This document shows positions 13,216 through 27,600 of a DNA stretch of 64,000 nt, piece after piece. Under the pieces are notes generated by a model that searched no databases, was not told the DNA's origin, and worked only from the letters and a program-made list of their open reading frames with translations. A program made the position numbers and the translations under genes. Position 1 is the first letter of the stretch, and every line of letters begins with the position of its first letter. Source of the DNA: Mizuhopecten yessoensis (Eukaryota); assembly GCF_002113885.1 (NCBI RefSeq), contig NW_018480037.1:62001-126000 (forward strand), written 5' to 3'.

Positions 13216-14478
13216 TTTTGTGTGTGTGTGTTTGGCGGGGGGGTGGTCTGTTTCATAATCTCATACGAAATGGAAATGAGAGTAAGTTCGCCCAATCACA
13301 TCTCCATTCGGTATTATTCAACACGTGTACGTATCGCAGTTTATGTAACAGGTGTTATGACACTACATAAGATGTCATACCTTAACATCTATAAGATACA
13401 CGAGTGTATACCTGACGAGAGTAGGGCGCATCGCTGAAGCGATTAACTTAAATCCCCATTTATACCACAACACTAACTACACTTTATGACGCTTTGCCTG
13501 AGGTATTCGCGATCAGTCTCTTTAGTTCCTAAAGCTATTGAAACATTTTTTTTCATCTGAAAGGTAAATCGCAGTTGAATATTTTCTCACTATATTCTGT
13601 TTCCTTGGCCCCGTTATGTAGATTAGGGGGTGTACGTGCATCAATGTCAAGCAGGGCGCCTTTAAGAACAAAACTTGTGTTTTATCAACGGTTCTTTGGA
13701 TGTGGTGCCAATATCTTGCGCGGAGTTATAAATTATGCCTCCTTCGTGAAACCGTTTATCTACTTTGACCTACAAGGACAGAGATTGGATTTAAAGTTGA
13801 TAGTACTTCAAGGATTCCTTTATAGCTGATTTGAAGTCACTCCGGTCCATGATGGAACCTTCAAACCACATGATGAAATGGGGTCAAACAGAGGAATTAG
13901 GGGTAAGTTATTTCTTTTGATAGCCTACTCCTATTGAAAGCATTTATATGTTTTAACTAATTTACCATGTTAGTATATAACTTTCATGGCAGGGGTATTT
14001 CGTATGGCAGGGGTAACGTATTAGGACTATAAATATTATAAACTATGCTTAAATTTTCTGCCATTTTCAAGACAAGCAGTACGTCTAAAGCTATGAGACG
14101 AAATGACGTACGTGCTATATATGATGTAAGCAGAATGTCTATATTTGCAGAGTTTTGTTCAGACTCGTGAATACTGAGATATCTTCATATTAAATTTCGA
14201 CACGATTTTATATTTTCTCCCGCACGACTTGTCGATAAAGCCCACTGTAGTATCGGATGACCAGTGTCTAAGCCATTTAGATGTAATTTGCCGGGTGAAC
14301 GAAGTAGAGCAAATTAATAGAAAATTAAATGTGCTTTAAATTGATTATCAAAAAAGTTTAGACTTTAATGTTAACTGGAAAATCACTCTGCATTCGCTTC
14401 CTATCCTTTCGTCATCAATGAACGACGACATCGTGTGACCAGTTTCTGTGTCTGCCTATTTAAAGCACACATTTAAGC

Positions 14479-14629
14479 ATTGAACTGTTTTCAGTTGGCA
14501 TTCATAGGCAATATGATGCCAACTGGACAAAGGCAAATTCAATGAAGCGCGCTAGCGTTTCATGTTTGATTGGCTTTTGTCCAGTTGGAATTCATTTTTC
14601 CTATGAATGCCAGCTAAAAGCAGTTCAAT
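14479..14629. repeat. About 150-bp imperfect palindrome, likely part of a non-autonomous DNA element
   Basis: Arms attgaactgttttcagttggcattcatagg... / ...cctatgaatgccagctaaaagcagttcaat, centred on gaagcgcgctagcgtttc. The arm motif recurs near 14832-14860. Confidence 0.75.
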
Positions 14630-15672
14630 AGTTATGTTTATCATTTTCGGAATCTGCTCATCTCATAGAAAATTCAATTACATTTGCTATTATTCAACAT
14701 TTAGTTCAAATAATGTATGTATCGTGTATGCTTGTTCAATGAATAGAACAGCAATCGCCCAGGGTGGTTCATTGGTATCCAACGTAACTATTATGACGTC
14801 ATAATAATGATGACGTCAACAATCGGTCCATGGCATTCATAGCCTTTATGAATGCCAACTGAATTTGGTAGGGTTATATAGTGGCAATGCCATACGATGG
14901 TAAATATTACACAATGTACTAGCCGTGATAATACTACCGTCCAAATAGATGGAAGTGTATCTGGAGAAAATGTTCAAAAAAATATTTTGATGTTTGTACC
15001 TCAGTGCTACAATTTTTAATCACAACGAAATGGTTTGCATATGATATATTTACTTTTACTAATAATAAAGAATGAAATTCATAAAAAAATACATAGATGT
15101 CATAGATATATATAAGGACACGATACTGTAGAATAATCAGACGACCCAGACCACATGACAGACACAGTTTTGTTAAGCAGACAATGATGAAATGTTTCAT
15201 ATAAAATTAAATCAAAATTTACCTTTTCCGTGTGTATTTTCATAGTTTTATAATCCAATAAAAAGGTAATAGTAGAAAAGTTACGTTTCCACATGTTTTT
15301 GAGTAAAATGATGTCAGTTTAAGTGTTTCGCTTCAGTTTCTTCAACATTCTCACAGACGTTTACTTTTTTACTGAAAGCAAAAAGGTTCTGGTATATGCG
15401 ATCAGCAACGCTGCACATAAGGTCAGGGCACAGAAACAGGTCCTCGTGAATAATGTATACGACGATTAAAAAAATATTAAGAATTGTGAAAAATGTTGGA
15501 TATTTCGTTTTCAATTCATCATATCGAGAAATCAAATCAAGTGAGATAGACTGTACTAAAAACAACATATAATGCTTTGCTTAGTTCACAATTTTCCGGA
15601 ATTTTCTCTGATATGGTTTCTATTTTAGATATAGTGTATATTCCAGTTACTTCCCTTAACACATTCCTCAAG

Positions 15673-18600
15673 ATGGACGACGATTTGAGTTTCGAAAATA
15701 CTACAGCTTCGAAGTCGTCTAGGGTAGGGATGCATAACGTGTTTTAGAAAGAATAAGCATACAGAAATGCGTACAATTGTATAGAGAATTGATATATATG
15801 ATCGGGGCTGAATTGTATTCTCTTGAAACTAGCTAACTGGCCGTTTACTGTAATGTGGACTGGATTGTTTATATTGACAACCACAACATTGAACAGATCA
15901 ATACTTGTAGTAGACCTATTGAATGGGTCATTATTCACAAGATACCTATTGAATGATAAGGAAATTAAATTGAATTTATGCATGCTATACTAATATGCAT
16001 ATTTTCCAGTTTTGACCCCTAAATATTGATTTAATTATCACTTCAACAACATCATGGCTCCATCAATGATCCAAGATCGAAATAGCTATGAGGATTCATA
16101 AAATCCAAGCAGAAGGACACATGTGCAGTGCCAATCAGATGTACAGATACACAGTGATAGTAAATCCAAAGCCAATGCCCCCAACAAACAGTTCAGCTCG
16201 GTATACCAATACATCGATTGGATGACCATTACTTGGTCCTTCACCCTACCCCAGGATGCCAGAAGTCAATATCACAGAGAAGGGAATATACAAGTTGCTT
16301 ACCCAGTTACAACCTAACAAAGCTCGAGGACCCCATGGTATCCAGACAAGAGTACTAAAAGAGGGAGCACCTCAGTTAGCACCGATATTGTCATTCCTTT
16401 TCCAGCAATCCATCAACACCGGACAAGTCCCATCAGACTGGAGGAAAGCCAATGTAGTACCTATATTTAAGAAGGGTGTTTGATCACAACCTGGGAACTA
16501 CCGGCCGGTATCGCTTACTTCTGTGTGCTGTAAACTGTTGGGGCACATAGTGGTAAGCAGTGTCATGGACCATCTTGACATGCAGGAACACTATCAGACT
16601 AACCAGCATGGTTTTGGATGACGCCGGTCTTGTGAGTCACAACTCACCATCACCACCAGTGATCTCGCTTATAGTCTAAACAACAAAGCGGAGGTTGATC
16701 TGATTGTATTGGATTTTTCAAAGGCCTTTGACAAAGTCCCTCACCGAAGAGCAGTACGCAAATTACAACACTACAGACTTGACAACAGAGTGGTAGTATG
16801 GATCCAAGGCTTCCTGCAGAGTAGAACCCAACAGGTTGTAGTTGACGGTGACGTATCCACAACAGCAGATGTCCTATACTGGGTACCACATGGACAACAA
16901 TAGGCCCTATCCTGTTCCTACTTTACATCAACGACATTGTTGACAACATAAACATTACCATCCGTATGTTTGCTGACAACTGTCTCCTGTATCGTGAGAT
17001 CAACAATCAACATGACCAGGAAATATTACAGAAACATCTAGATTCCCTGCATGAATGGTCAGTGAAGTAGCAGATGGCCTTCAACACCAAAACGTGTAGC
17101 TCTATGACAGTTACACATGCCAGTAGGGGACCTGCTGGAACAAAACAACGAAAAACCGTACCTCGGGATCACCATCAACAGTAACGTGAGATGGAATACT
17201 CACATAGGAAATGTAACATCACAAGCCTGTCGTGTGTTAGGAATGCTAAGGAGAAACCTTACTTCAGCTCCACAGAACATCAAGGAGAAGGCTTACAAGA
17301 TCATCGTAAGATCGAGGTTGGAATATTGTAGCGCTGTCTGCCTAGTGTTTGGAGCCCCCACACTATAGGCTCCAAACTAGTGTGTGGGGCGTCATATCCT
17401 GAACCATGTAGGACGGAATAAGAGCAGCCTCGTACTACTTTATGAAGTGATGAACCATCTAATCACCATCCCAGAATCCTTCCATCCAACCCCATGGCTC
17501 ACAGCTAGTTGTAACTGTCATCCCAGCTCGCCATATCTACCATCTGTAAATGCTTATAAATACCTGTCCTTCCCAAGAGCAGTATTACTGTAGAACAACC
17601 TCTCTCCAGATATGACCGGAGCGCCTACCTTGGATGAATTCAAGGCGAAGTTGTCAACCAAACAGAAGTAGACAGACACTGGTGTACATAGTTTTATTCA
17701 ATGATTTTTTTTGACACTGTCATTATTTTATAATTAAGTACATGCCGTACATGTGCAATCAGCGTGATATCCAATAGGACGTTGCTAATTACTGACCAGA
17801 ACCAGAACTTGAAAGTTGAATGTTCTGTAGGCAAACTGTATCATAATATGTTGGAAGATTAGGCTCCGTAGATTAAATAGAGCAAAATTTATTCAACAAT
17901 GTGTTAAATTACTTCAACCCAAGTGTGTATCATTGATATATTTCAGAGTGCAAAGCAAGGACGTCGAGCTCAGTCTAAGGGTGTGTCGCCACCAGACGCG
18001 CCAGCATTTGAAGATGAATCACCAAGATCAACAAAACCACCCAAGAAGTCTTCTGAGGAAACGGTAAACATACTGCATCCACCTCTTATATTTTGGGTTT
18101 TGTCAGGTTTAACATCAATTTATAAACTCACTGGATGCCAACCTTTCGTGTCAAGAACCCATTCTTGCAGCATGTACACTGCATTTTGTATACTGTAAAA
18201 TCAAAAATGTTTGTGGGACATTAAATTTCGTTTACTTTGTGGAAAACAAAAATGCACGAAATTAAATCACCACGAAAACATATATTTGGTATGATATAGA
18301 TAGGGGGAAATCAGAAATCAGCGAAATATAATGTCCTTGAAACAAGCTAGTATATATGTAAACCACAAAATTTTAACCCCACAAAAAGATGTATTAGATA
18401 TTGTCGTGTGAAAATTCATCAATTTTATTTAAATTAATTTCTCATACCTTTCCAACATATAGATATATGAACAGTAGCAAAAATGAGCTCTTGATGAGAA
18501 TTGTAATTTTTGTCAGGTTTAACAGACCGAGACTTGAGAGGGGTTTGGTCTAATTAACATACACACTCGGCAGATAAAGAATTTCCATAGTCTAAACTAC

Positions 18601-21600
18601 ATGTGTACATGTTTAGTTGTATGCAGCAAAAACTTAATTAGTTACATTCATTAAACATAATAGCCTCTATCAGTAAACATAATAGCCTCTATCAAGCCTC
18701 TATCAGTAAACATAATAGCCTCTATCAGTAAACATAATACTCCCCCCCCCTGTCTCCTCTACACAGACTTTGCACAATATACCTCTATCATTTTTATGTT
18801 AGTGAAAATGTGTTATCTGTTTTCCAGGATGGTCCTCCAAAGCCTTCTAGAGTATCTGGCTGGGGCGAAGATGCTCCAAGGAAAAGGTATTTGCTCCCAC
18901 ACAGGATATAGGTCACCTGTACATGTATATACCATATATACAATCTTCTATACTTAAGTCGTCTGTACTCATAATATAAATTACTTATACAGATAGGTCT
19001 GCAATATCTGGCAATATCATTAATTATATCAGCCCTTCATATACCTGATTAATCAATCTCACATATTTCTTTACAATAAAAATGTCATAAATTGTTCATG
19101 CTTGCTGGCATAGTAGAACCTTGGTAATCCAAAGTGAATTGTTTTTGGGATTAACAAGATAAAAATGAACACACTTGATTATGTCATGAAATAGCACATC
19201 ATAAGTAATTCCAGACTACCAGCGAGTCCACATTTAATATGCCATTAAGTACATCATCAGGCATCTATGTGTAGTAAATATTCTGTTTCTATATAAAACA
19301 TTCAGAATGATGCAGTTTTATAATCTCATTTACAGCAGGAAACTGGGAGAAGGATTTGAACAGTTTGATGAGTAAGTATGGACATAAGCAGTAAGCAATA
19401 AATGACCCATGGTCACAAGCGCCGTCTATCCTGGCTATTACCCAGTAGTTGTGCTGTGTCCGTACAGTGTCACTTGTCCCTGGGATGTTGTCACTGTTGT
19501 CTGTTGTACACAGTGTCACTTGTCCCTGGGATGTTGTCACTGTTGTCTGTTGTACACAGTGTCACTTGTCCCTGGGATGTTGTCACTGTTGTCTGTTGTA
19601 CACAGTGTCACTTGTCCCTGGGATGTTGTCACTGTTGTCTGTTGTACACAGTGTCACTTGTCCCTGGGATGTTGTCACTGTTGTCTGTTGTACACAGTGT
19701 CACTTGTCCCTGGGATGTTGTCACTGTTGTCTGTTGTAGTTTATAGGAGATAGTGTTGTTGTATTGGATATTGTCCTGTAAACGTTGTGTTCAAATCTGT
19801 GGTCACACACATAGCAGACACTGTCACGTCAACGTGGTAACCTGATGTTGTGGTTCACATGTTTTTAAACTTAAACATGACTCATGAATCTTTATTGTTT
19901 CATTATCATATTGATTTGATTGTCAAAAGTGTAACAAGTGACTAGGGTTTGAGAAGAGTAGAAGGTTGACAAGGTAGAAAACTGTAGGGTGAGGCTACTT
20001 GTGGACCCTTTAGGGTGAGGCTACTTGTGTACCGTTTAGGGTGAGGCTTCTTGTGTACACTGTAGGGTGAGGCTACTTGTGTACCCTGTAGGGTGAGGAT
20101 ACTTGTGTACACTGTAGGGTGAGTCTACTTGTGTACCCTGTAGAGTGAGGCTACTTGTGTACCCTGTAAGGTGAGGCTACTTGTGTACCCTGTAGGGTGA
20201 GGCTACTTGTGTACCCTGTGGGTGAGGCTACTTGTGTACACTGTAGCTAGGGGGAGGCTACTTGTGTACACTGTAGGGTGAGGCTACTTGTGTACACTGT
20301 AGGGTGAGGTTACTTGTGTACACTGTAGGATGAGGCTCCTTGTGTACACTGTAGGGTGAGGCTACTTGTGGACCCTGTAGCTAGGGTGAGGCTACTTGTG
20401 TACCCTGTAGGGTGAGGCTACTTGTGTACACTGTAGCTAGGGTGAGGCTACTTGTGTACACTGTAGGGTGAGGCTACTTTTGTACACTGTAGGGTGAGGC
20501 TACTTGTGTACACTGTAGGGTGAGGCTACCTGTGTACCCTGTTGTACATTGTCCTCTTCACTAACTACTCTGAGAGAGAAAAAAATATGTCCCTAACATG
20601 CCAAAGGGATTTTTATCTTGTAATTTATTCTTTGTCCCTATAATAATTGGATTTGAAGTTTCCATAGAAGGAACTTTATTTTTAAATATGGAGCTCCCTA
20701 GAACTGACTAGTACCGGGTACACTAGAAGACAGAGCCAACCCCAAAGTATACTTTTATTCTGATTTTTTTTTTTTTTTTAGCCAAGTCTGTTTTATTGAT
20801 AGTCGTCTATACAGCTCAGTTTCACTTAATGTTGTTGCTATATTCCTAGCAATATAATTTGAAATGCTTTTGAATACAACATATCAGATGCATGTGTTGA
20901 TGTAGAGGTAGCTTAGATATTTTAAATGTTGGAATGCCACCACATTTTCCCATGCATGTCTCAACATTTGACAGACGTGTGCATGCTAATTAAACAGGTA
21001 TTTATCTCCCTACAATCAGGTTTAAACAGCTTATATCTTAAATTAATTAATCTTTACACAGAAGTATTTTGATTATGAGATGCAAAATTGTCAATATAAG
21101 AAAATAAAAAAGAGAATTTAGGAGTAGTTTTAGATAATACAATCATTGCTCTAATGGATTAAGATAGTTGTAAAATTGTTTCTGATTTGATATTGTTTGC
21201 TGTGATTTTTTGGTTTTGGCTGTAATGGAGTGGTCCATTAAAGTTGGACATTAACATCATTTGTAAATGTGATACATGACACTTACAATAGATACTTCAG
21301 TTTTATGGATGTTATATATATGCACATTATGATAAAAATTACATTATTTCTTTAGTTTTAACCACACTGGTTAGTTTTGATATTCTGAAATATGTAACTG
21401 TAATATGAAATGCATGTAATTTGATATAAAACATGTTTTACTATTAACTAACAGGATATTTCTTGTCCTTCACATTTATTTTTGTTACAGCAAGCAAAAG
21501 TAAGCTGCATGTTTTATACACTGGTCGGCAGACAGAGATACATATGTAAAGCTTATAGTCCCCTCTAATCACCCCTCATTGCTAGTGATAACCCAATGGC

Positions 21601-24600
21601 ATGGATCACAGGCTTCAGCTCAGGCTTGCTCCTATCAGCTTACACAAACTGTAAATCACAACATCTGTGTACTTTCGGAGAAAGTCCTCTGGTTGTTTCC
21701 TTTATATCCCACTCTGAGTGTCCTTACTGGGTTTCCTTTGGTTGTCCTGTGTGTCTCACTTTAAGTGTCGTTACTATGCATGTTTCTCCTCTGGTTGTCC
21801 TGTGTGTCCTACTCTCAGTGTCCTTATTGTGTCTCCTCTGGTTGTCATTAATGTCCAGCTCTGAGTGTCCTTTCTATGTCTCCAAACATTGTCCTGTGTG
21901 TCCTACTCTAAGTGGCCTTATTGTGTTTCCCTCTGTTGTCCTGTGTGTCCTACTATGGTCCTTTTTGTGTCTAAAGGTTGTCCAGTGTGTCCAACTCATA
22001 ATTTCCTTGTTGTGTCTCTCTAGGTTGTCCTTTGTACCCTACTCTAAGTGTCCTTATTGTGTCTCTCTAGGTTGTCTTGTGTGTCCTACTCTGAATGTCC
22101 TTATTGTGTCTCTAGGTTGTCCAGTGTGTCCAACTCATAATGTCCTTATTGTGTCTCCCTAGGTTGTCCTGTGTGTCCTACTCTGAATGTCTTTATTGTG
22201 TCTCCCTAGGTTGTCCTGTGTACCCTACTCTAAGTGTCCTTACTGTGTCTCTCTAGGTTGTCCTGTGTCTCACTTTGAGTGTTTTTCATGTGTCTCCTGT
22301 GTTTGTCCTGTGTTTCTTTTTTTGTGTCCTTACTCTGTCTCCCAAGGTTGTCCTGCATGCCTCACTTTTTTTTTGTCCATACTATGTCTCCCAAGGTTGT
22401 CCTATGTGGCCTACTCTAAGTGTCCTGACTGTGTCTCTCTATGTTGTCTTGTGTGTCCTACTTAAAGTGTCTTGACTGTGTCTCCCAAAATTGTCTTGTG
22501 TTTCCTACTTAAAGTGTCTTGACTGTGTCTCCCAAGGTTGTCTTGTGTGTTCTATTCTTTGTGTCCTGACTGTGTCTCTCTAGGTTGTCTTGTGTGTCCT
22601 ACTCTACGTGTCCTGACTGTGTCTCCCAAGGTTGTCTTGTGTGTCCTACTCTACGTGTCCTGACTGTGTCTCGCAAGGTTGTCTTGAGTGTTCTATTCTT
22701 TGTGTCCTGACTGTGTCTCTCTAGGTTGTCTTGTGTGTCCTACTCTACGTACGTGTCCTGACTGTGTCTCCCAAGGTTGCCCTGTGTGTCCTACTCTTAG
22801 TGTCCTGACTGTGTCTCTCTATGTTGTCTTGTGTGTCCTACTTAAAGTTTCCTGACTCTGTCTCCCAAGGTTGCCTTGTGTGTCCTACTCTGAGTGTCCT
22901 GACTGTGTCTCTCTAGGTTGTCTTGTTTGTCCTATTAAAGTGTCCTGACTGTGTCTCCCAAGGTTGTCTTGTGTGTCCTACTATAGGTTTCCACACTGTG
23001 TCTCCAAATGTTGCCCTGTGTGTCCTACTCTTAGTGTCCTGACTGTGTCTCTCTAGGTTGTCTTGTTTGTCCTATTAAAGTGTCCTGACTGTGTCTCTCT
23101 AGGTTGTCTTGTTTGTCCTATTAAAGTGTCCTGACTGTGTCTCCCAAGGTTGTCTTGTGTGTCCTACTATAGGTGTCCTGACTGTGTCTCCCAAGGTTGC
23201 CCTGTGTGTCCTATTCTTAGTGTCCTGACTTGTGTCTCTCTAGGTTGTATTGTGTGTCCTATTAAAGTGTCCTGACTGTGTCTCTCTAGGTTGTCTTGTG
23301 TGTCCTACTCTTAGTGTCCAGACTGTGTCTCTTCAGGTTGTCCTGTGTGCGCTACTTTTAGTGTTCTGACTGTGTTTCCTCTGGTTGTCCTGTGTTACCC
23401 AGTCTGAGTGTACTTAGTGTGTCTCATCTGGTTGTCTTTATTTACCCAGTCTTAATGTCCTTACAGTGTCTCCCTAGGTTGTCGTGTGTGTCCTACTCTG
23501 AGTGTCCTTACTGTGTCTCCTCTGGTTGTCCTGCGTTACACACTCTGAGTGTACTTTGTGTGTCTCTTCTGGTTGTATCACTGAGTTACCTATTATTTTA
23601 GTTGTTGTAACGTGTATTTCATTGATAGTACTTGTTGAACTCCCACTAGTTGTCCGGTGTCTTCCTTGTCCTGTTACATTTGACTTGAGTTGTCCTAACT
23701 ATGCCACCCTGCTTATCCTTTGTGCATCTCTCATCATCTTGCATTTCTCGCTCAGTTCATTGTTTTCATTCCATTGCATTCCCAGGACTGGTACAATGTC
23801 TATATTTGATAACAGAGCCGCCCAGATCAGTCTATTATTAAATGCCCTTCATCAATACCTATATTCCGAACCCAAGTATCACCTACCAACAGACCATACA
23901 TGTGTATAGGATACTAGTAGTAAGTCCAGTTATGTACCAAAGCTTCAGGCTCATTGATTGACAATATCAAGGATGCATGGTTTTGATGTGGTAATTTCAT
24001 CACTTCACTATGATGTGTCATATATAGATATATGTATACATGAATCACAATGTTAATTGCATGTTAATTTTTATTTTTACTTTTGTGCCAGTGAACAAGA
24101 TGTACTGTTTGGGATTGATGATGATTTTGGGTAAAGCTTTGATTTGCACCGGTTCACTAGTTGTAGTGTGTCATCCCTGGTGTTTGTTTTGTGTACATGT
24201 CTGTACCAGCCATCACTGTCCCTATTTTACCACACATAGGGCATTGTCCCTAGTTACCACACATAGGGCATTGTCCCTAGTTACCACATGTGGTGCCATG
24301 GCCTTCACCATTTGTGAGGCCCTGTCCCAACTGATGACTCCATACCTAGTGTGGATACTAATGACATTGTTCACTTTAACTTCACAATTAGTTACAATAT
24401 TATTTTGTTATTATTACACCTTTCATAAGTATCATGGCTGAAGTAAATATTTGCTTGGTTTAGTTAAAAGACACGGGGCACGTGTTGGGAAGCTTATTTT
24501 ATTTATTTTATAATTTCTCTTCAAGTGCTTTAAATGATGGAATGTTTCAGGGTTTTATGCTGTGTAAAAGTTTATTAACAACACTTAAGATAATGAATGT

Positions 24601-27600
24601 TATTATTAATATGAAACTTATCTTTGTAAACAAGAAAAGGTTAAACTCGGCACATTACAGTAGCTAACAGTGGGGATGTGGAATGTTTTTTCTCCCACCC
24701 TTCACAGGTGTGTCTCCCGTTTAAGGTGGGGAAGATAGCCTTGCGCCGATTAGCATATGTTCAATTGTGACGTCATAAAAATGCGCCACCGGTAATTTTA
24801 ATGTCATCAAAAGTGAATGACGATTTTCATACCCCATATGTGTTTTTGTTTACACTACTGTCGGTGGAGTTGTGACTTAAATAATAGGATGGGAGAAAAA
24901 TAATCATCCCCTACCATAAGGGTGTAACAGAGAAATCTCGAACCCTCGGGGTGATTTATTGGGGTTGTCTAACCCTCGGCTGAGCCTCAGGTTAGACAAC
25001 CAAAAAAATCACCCCTTGGATTTGAGATTTCTCTGTCACACCCTCAAGGTAGGGGAAGATTCTATTTATCAACAAATTACATGTTTCGTATACTTGTAAG
25101 TTTACAAGGTAACAAAACACAAGTGATGGTACATTTTGTATTTTTAGGTCACCTGAGCTTTGCTCAAGTGACCTTTTCTAATCGCTTTCCGTCCGTCGTG
25201 CGTTGTGCGTAAACTTTTTACATTTTCAACTTCTCCTCAAGAACCAGTGGATGGATTTTTTTAAAACTTGGTCAGAATCATTCTTGGTAGATGAGGCTAC
25301 ACAATTGTAAAATTGGAATTCCTACCCTAACCCCTGGGGCCAGGGCGGGGCCCCAAAGGGAAAATTAACCAATTTTTCAAAAATCTTCTTCTCCAGACTC
25401 TGTGGTACTACAGTCAATTTCTCTGCATGGAAAGAAAGATCATCAGGGGCTTTACTTAAATTGTAAATTTCAGGACCCTTGAGCTATTCGTTCTCCCTTG
25501 GGGAGGGGGTAAAGTTTACTATAGTTTATATAGAGAAATAACACTTTTGGGTATATTTTGACAACTTTCTGTAGGAAATTATTTTTACTTGGTGAGAATT
25601 ATCCTTGGAGAAAGATAGTTTCAAATTGTAAAATTGAGATTCCGACCCTAGGGGCCAGGGCGGGGGCGGGGCCCCAAAGGGAAAATTAATCAATATTTCA
25701 AAAATCTTCTTCTCCAGACTCAGAGGTACTACAGTGATTTTCTCTACGTGGAAAGAAAGATCATCAGGGGCTTTACTTAAATTGTAAATTTCAGGACCCC
25801 CGAGCTATCCGTTCTCCCTTGGGGAGGGGGTAAAGTTTACTATAGTTTATATAGGGAAATAACACTTTTGGGTATATATTTTATCCATTTTCAGCAGAAA
25901 ATTACTCAAACTTAGTCAGAATCATCTTTGGTGAATGAGAGTATTACTTTGTAAAATTGGGATTCCTGCCCCATCCCCAGGGGCTAGGGCGGGGCCCCAA
26001 AGGGAACATTTACCAATATTTTCAAATTCTTATCCTTTGATGACATGACAAGTATTGTATTTCACTTAGTTTACATGCTGATTTCCACATCACATCTAAA
26101 CAATAAAATAAAGTTACCAGTACCTATGATATAACTCAGGTTACCGCTAAGGCCCTTGGGCCTCTTGTTTTATATTCATGGTGGTGGTCAGATATTGAAT
26201 AAGCAATTGTCTTGATTTATCCACTGTTCATGCTTACAAGTAACTAGCTTAGGCATGGATGGGAAGGTAGCCGCTGTGTTTAACCTAAATTGAATTCTGA
26301 TTTTGGTAATTCAATGACAACGTGTCGACTGTGTCTGCTTGATGCTCTGCATGTAAAAGATGGGACCAGGCTTCTACAGACAAACAACCCCTGCTGTAGT
26401 AGAAAACAGTTCCCATAGAAATTAGACAAAGTTGTATAGAGTTTTGTAGCAAAGAACAAACATATTTTGTTTTTACGGGGGAATATCATGTATTAAAATA
26501 ATCAGAAGGTTCCTTCCCATTACAGATAACATTCCTGATGTTTCTAATACGTGTGGTAGTGATTCACAGTGACTTGCACCAATTATGTCTTTTTCAGAGT
26601 GTGTCAGGATTACTTAGAATAGTTTTAATATCACACAGATATTCTGCAATTTACAAATGAGAAATGACCTTATTGGAGGCTAGTAAAAGTATGAGTCTTA
26701 AAGGTTGAAAATCCTCACAACAACAATGATAACCTCATTTTGTTCTAAAAACAGCACAATTACACTTGTAATCAACAACCCAGCTGATTACCTTAGACAT
26801 TCATGTTTATCTAGATATTTTATTTGTATACCTGTTTATGTTACATCTGTTAAGTTTTCTAACTACATTTGATAGCTTACACTCTACTACGTTGTGGAAT
26901 CTGCAATTTTGATGTATCAGAAAATGTGTTTATGATAAAATATGGTACAGTATACCATGTACAATAGTTGGAGGTTTTTCAGAAGATGATTTTTGTAAAT
27001 GATGATAATTCAACCCAGGTAAGATGTCATGTGGTGTCATTTAAAACTTTGAACACTTGACAGTCATTTGTTTACATTAAATCACTGTCCTGTGGACAAA
27101 CATGTACATCATAGAAATACATGTATTAATTTCATTTCCTACTGTGGTAAAATTGTACATATATGTTTATTGGTAAATTTGACCCATAGGTAAAGCTTTT
27201 CTGGTGCAGTTTTACTTTTAATTTTAATAAAACAAAGTAGTTATTGTCTGTATTTTAAAATGATGTTATTTTGACATCAAACATGACAGAATTTGTCTGA
27301 GGAAATGAGAATGATTTTGTGTTGTATTGTATTCCTGGTGGCCTCCCTCAGCCATAACATGCTAAGGGAGACAATTCAAATAAGTCAACAGTTCTCTGCT
27401 GCATAAATGAGGTCGATGATAATCTTGTCAACTCAGCAAATGAACTTGGTGAATAGCTGTTGAAATATTGATTACAATAGGATACAATAGGATAAATAAT
27501 GGATGCAGGCAGACACTCTGCCTCTATATCCATATCTTAATATATTTTAAACGTATTTAGAAAATATTATTATATTATTTATTTATTGTCATTTCCTGAG

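Noticed and set aside
15641-15660. X-box upstream of IFT43 (gttacttcccttaac)
   Set aside because: The right half-site does not fit the RFX consensus.
19402-19753. Cys-rich ORFs resembling metallothionein or keratin-associated proteins
   Set aside because: All three frames come from a 46-bp tandem repeat inside IFT43 intron 4.
21596-23909. Cys/Leu/Val-rich ORFs
   Set aside because: They derive from a degenerate TG-rich minisatellite, with no supporting splice structure.
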